Of a stretch of 64,000 nt of DNA, positions 60,765 through 64,000 are shown piece by piece. The stretch is from Bacteroidetes bacterium OLB11 (GTDB lineage: Bacteria > Bacteroidota > Bacteroidia > Chitinophagales > Chitinophagaceae). Both the position numbers and the translations under genes were made by a program. Location of the stretch: the NCBI GenBank assembly GCA_001567165.1, contig LNFQ01000007.1:5715-69714 (forward strand), in the 5' to 3' direction. Below the pieces are notes generated by a model. That model made no database searches. It saw nothing but the letters and a program-made list of their open reading frames with translations, and had not been told where the DNA came from. How positions within the stretch are numbered: the first letter of the stretch is position 1; the number at the start of each line of letters is the position of its first letter.

Positions 60765-63700
60765 CTATTCATCTTCATCAAATTCTAGAATTTCCTGTGA
60801 ATTTTTTAATATTTCATGTTCATCTTTACTTGCAACTAAGAAGTTTTCAAATTCTTTCATACCTGTACCGGCAGGAATCAAATTACCTGTAATGACATTT
60901 TCTTTAAGTCCCCACATGAAATCTGTTTTGCCAGCAATGGCTGCTTGAGATAACACTTTAGTTGTCTCTTGGAATGATGCGGCTGAAATCCAGGAGAATG
61001 TTCCTAATGATGCTTTTGTAATTCCTAATAAGTTAGGGCTTGACGTTGCAGGCTGTGCGTTTCTATATTGCACTAAGGTTTTATCATTTCTTCTTAATAA
61101 AGAATTTTCTTCTCTCACTTCTCGAAGAGTTGTAATTTGTCCAGGGTGCATTTTTTCGCTATTTCCAGCATCTGTAACTACTACTTTATCAAACACCCAA
61201 TCGTTTTCTTCTTGGAATTCCATTTTATCCACGATATCTCCTTCTAAGAATTTGGTATCACCTGCATCAGCAATAGTTACTTTTCTCATCATTTGTCTAA
61301 CAATTACTTCAATGTGTTTATCATTGATTTTCACACCTTGCAAACGATACACTTCTTGAATTTCATTCACTAAATATTCTTGAACAGCGAAAGGTCCTTT
61401 GATTTTTAAAATATCACTTGGAGTAATAGAGCCATCACTGAGTGGCAATCCGGCTTTAATAAAGTCTCCTTCTTGAACAATAATATGTTTGGTGAGTGGG
61501 ACTAAATATTTTTTGAAAATACCATCTTTACTTTCAATACTTATTTCTCTATTTCCTCTTTTCACACCTCCAAATGCTATAACTCCATCTATTTCTGCTA
61601 CTACCGCGGGGTTGGATGGATTTCTTGCTTCAAACAATTCAGTAACACGTGGAAGACCTCCGGTAATATCACGTGAACGTCCCATCACTCTTGGTATTTT
61701 TACTAATATTTGACCTGATTGAATGGTGTCGCTATCGGATATCATTAAGTGAGAACCAACTGGAATATTATAAAATTTATTTTCTTTTCCTTCTATAACA
61801 ATAGCTGGGATTTTTGTTTTGTCTTTTGTTTCGATAATCACTTTTTCTCTTAATCCTGATTGCTCATCAACTTCCTCTCTAAACGTGATACCTTCTACAA
61901 TATTTTCAAAACGCACTCTTCCTGCAATTTCTGAAATAATTACAGCATTGAATGGATCCCATGAGCAAATTAAGTCGCCTTTTTTCACTTTTTGACCATT
62001 TTTCATTTTAAGAGAGGCTCCGTAGGGAATATCATGGTTTACCAATACGATTCCTTCATCATTTACTATTCTCATTTCACCCATTCGAGTGATAACGATT
62101 ACTTGTTCTTCCCCTTCTTTGTTGATATATTTTGTTGTTTTTACACTATCAAATTCAATTTTACCGTCAAATTTTGCGAGCATTTGGCTTTCTATTGCAG
62201 ATGAACTTGCAGCACCTCCCACGTGGAAGGTACGCAAAGTCAACTGTGTACCGGGTTCTCCAATAGACTGTGCGGCTATGATACCTACTGCATCACCTTC
62301 TTGAGCTTTAGTTCCATTAGCTAAATTTTTACCATAGCATTTGGCACATACTCCTCGTTTGCTTTCACATGTTAAAACGGATCGAATTTCTACAGTGTCT
62401 ATACCTGCGTCATCGATTGCTTTAGCTAGATCTTCAGTAATATCTTCACCTGCTTTGATGATAACATTTCCAAATGGGTCCACTACATCGTGAAGTGCTA
62501 CTCGTCCTTCTATTCTATCTGTGAGCGATTCAACGATATCGTCATTTTCTTTTAATGCTGAAATTGCAATTCCTCTTAATGTGCCGCAGTCTTCTTCTCG
62601 GATAATCACGTCTTGTGCTACATCGACTAATCTTCTTGTTAGGTAACCCGCATCGGCTGTTTTCAAGGCAGTATCCGCAAGTCCTTTACGAGCACCGTGT
62701 GTAGAAATGAAGTATTCTAATACGTTTAATCCATCTTTAAAGTTTGATAGAATTGGATTTTCGATAATCTCAGAACCAGTGCTACCGCTTTTTCGTGGTT
62801 TTGCCATCAATCCTCTAATTCCTGAAAGCTGTTTGATTTGTTGTTTACTACCACGGGCACCACTATCTAGCATCATATAAACGGAGTTGAATCCTTGTTT
62901 ATCTTTTGCCATTTCTTGAATTAGCTGTTCTGTTACTCGAATATCCACACGACTCCAAGCATCAATGATTTGGTTATATCGTTCGTTGTTGGTAATTAAT
63001 CCTAAATTATAGTTATCCCACACTTCGTTTACGCTTTCGTTGGCTTGTTCGAGGAGTGTTTTTTTGATTTCAGGGATAATTAAGTCTTCAGGATTGAAAG
63101 ATAGACCGCCTTTAAATGCCGTTCTGAAACCAAGGGTTTTAATATCATCTAAGAATTTTACGGTTGTTGGTACATCGGTGTATTTGATAATTTGCCCAAT
63201 GATTCCACGAAGTGATTTTTTGGTAAGAAGTTCATTGATGAATCCAACTTTTTCAGGTGTGAATTGGTTGAATAATACTCGTCCAACGGTTGTTTCAATT
63301 AATTTATTACTAATTGAGCCATCGTTGTTTCTTATATTCACTTTTACTTTTATCCATGCGTGTAAGTCAACGACGCCTTCATTGTGAGCAATAATCACTT
63401 CTTCTGCACTGTAGAAGCTCATTCCTTCTCCTTTGACTGGATCGTTTTCTAAATTCCTTTTCCCTTTAGATAAGTAATATAAGCCCAATACCATGTCTTG
63501 TGAAGGTAGGGTGATTGGGGTTCCGTTTTGAGGATTTAATATATTGTGAGATGCCAACATGAGCAATTGAGCTTCTAAAATTGCGGCATTACTCAAAGGT
63601 ACGTGCACTGCCATTTGGTCTCCATCAAAGTCGGCATTGAAAGAGGCACAAACGAGAGGGTGTAGTTGAATTGCTTTTCCTTCAATCAATTTTGGCTGGA

Positions 63701-64000
63701 ATGCTTGTATTGAAAGGCGGTGCAAAGTTGGGGCACGATTTAATAATATCGGATGACCTTTTAAAATATTTTCAAGAATATCCCAAACGATGGCTTCTTT
63801 TTTCTCAACGAGTTTTTTTGCTGATTTTACTGTTTTTACGATTCCTCTTTCGATGAGTTTACGAATGATAAACGGCTTGAAAAGCTCTGCTGCCATATCT
63901 TTTGGAAGTCCACATTCATGAAGTCTCATTTCAGGGCCAACTACGATCACCGAACGACCTGAATAGTCCACACGTTTACCTAATAAGTTTTGACGGAAGC
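60765..64000 (-). CDS. rpoC: DNA-directed RNA polymerase subunit beta-prime, C-terminal ~1,078 codons (5' end outside window)
   Basis: The frame stays open to the window edge (..[23 protein letters not shown]..). The catalytic NADFDGDQM motif is present, and conservation is high throughout. Confidence 0.95.
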   Translation of the reverse strand, partial: FRQNLLGKRVDYSGRSVIVVGPEMRLHECGLPKDMAAELFKPFIIRKLIERGIVKTVKSAKKLVEKKEAIVWDILENILKGHPILLNRAPTLHRLSIQAFQPKLIEGKAIQLHPLVCASFNADFDGDQMAVHVPLSNAAILEAQLLMLASHNILNPQNGTPITLPSQDMVLGLYYLSKGKRNLENDPVKGEGMSFYSAEEVIIAHNEGVVDLHAWIKVKVNIRNNDGSISNKLIETTVGRVLFNQFTPEKVGFINELLTKKSLRGIIGQIIKYTDVPTTVKFLDDIKTLGFRTAFKGGLSFNPEDLIIPEIKKTLLEQANESVNEVWDNYNLGLITNNERYNQIIDAWSRVDIRVTEQLIQEMAKDKQGFNSVYMMLDSGARGSKQQIKQLSGIRGLMAKPRKSGSTGSEIIENPILSNFKDGLNVLEYFISTHGARKGLADTALKTADAGYLTRRLVDVAQDVIIREEDCGTLRGIAISALKENDDIVESLTDRIEGRVALHDVVDPFGNVIIKAGEDITEDLAKAIDDAGIDTVEIRSVLTCESKRGVCAKCYGKNLANGTKAQEGDAVGIIAAQSIGEPGTQLTLRTFHVGGAASSSAIESQMLAKFDGKIEFDSVKTTKYINKEGEEQVIVITRMGEMRIVNDEGIVLVNHDIPYGASLKMKNGQKVKKGDLICSWDPFNAVIISEIAGRVRFENIVEGITFREEVDEQSGLREKVIIETKDKTKIPAIVIEGKENKFYNIPVGSHLMISDSDTIQSGQILVKIPRVMGRSRDITGGLPRVTELFEARNPSNPAVVAEIDGVIAFGGVKRGNREISIESKDGIFKKYLVPLTKHIIVQEGDFIKAGLPLSDGSITPSDILKIKGPFAVQEYLVNEIQEVYRLQGVKINDKHIEVIVRQMMRKVTIADAGDTKFLEGDIVDKMEFQEENDWVFDKVVVTDAGNSEKMHPGQITTLREVREENSLLRRNDKTLVQYRNAQPATSSPNLLGITKASLGTFSWISAASFQETTKVLSQAAIAGKTDFMWGLKENVITGNLIPAGTGMKEFENFLVASKDEHEILKNSQEILEFDEDE

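Overview
AT-rich chromosomal segment (roughly one-third GC by eye) that looks like a Bacteroidota genome. Support: T9SS C-terminal sorting domains, SprB-type repeats, TAnnTTTG boxes upstream of genes, and gene content. Most of it is housekeeping. Left to right: a T9SS cargo gene, glycosylasparaginase, cutC, comB, an ABC exporter, an isolated nuoH-I-J cluster, rpmE, a rhomboid protease, a second T9SS cargo gene, and the ATP synthase genes atpB-E-F-H and atpA, which are separated by a 1.08 kb ORF-free spacer. Then a glycan locus: wecB, glycosyltransferases, three AsnB-type amidotransferase genes and a beta-helix protein. Then an RsmB-like methyltransferase, sucB, tRNA-Ser(GGA), an RND/MMPL exporter, a PorZ-like propeller protein, ispD, tilS, a TPR hybrid histidine kinase, a crotonase, purM, a short GH2 beta-mannosidase, pdhB, a 9.2 kb gene for a roughly 3,080-aa SprB-repeat adhesin with a T9SS type-B CTD, a beta-lactamase-fold hydrolase, gpsA and the 3' part of rpoC. 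I saw no rRNA, CRISPR, transposase, integrase or recognisable defence system, and I cannot point to a clearly new multi-gene system. The points most worth a second look are: (1) about twenty +/-1 frame breaks, all in mononucleotide runs, including in atpB, atpF and tilS; (2) an in-frame TAA at codon 20 that cuts the signal peptide off the giant adhesin, which also has no adjacent PorP/SprF-like partner; (3) a tandem AsnB pair in which one copy has lost the glutaminase nucleophile; (4) the unexplained spacer inside the atp operon; (5) a small KSDA-repeat gene whose coding repeats look like a DNA repeat array.
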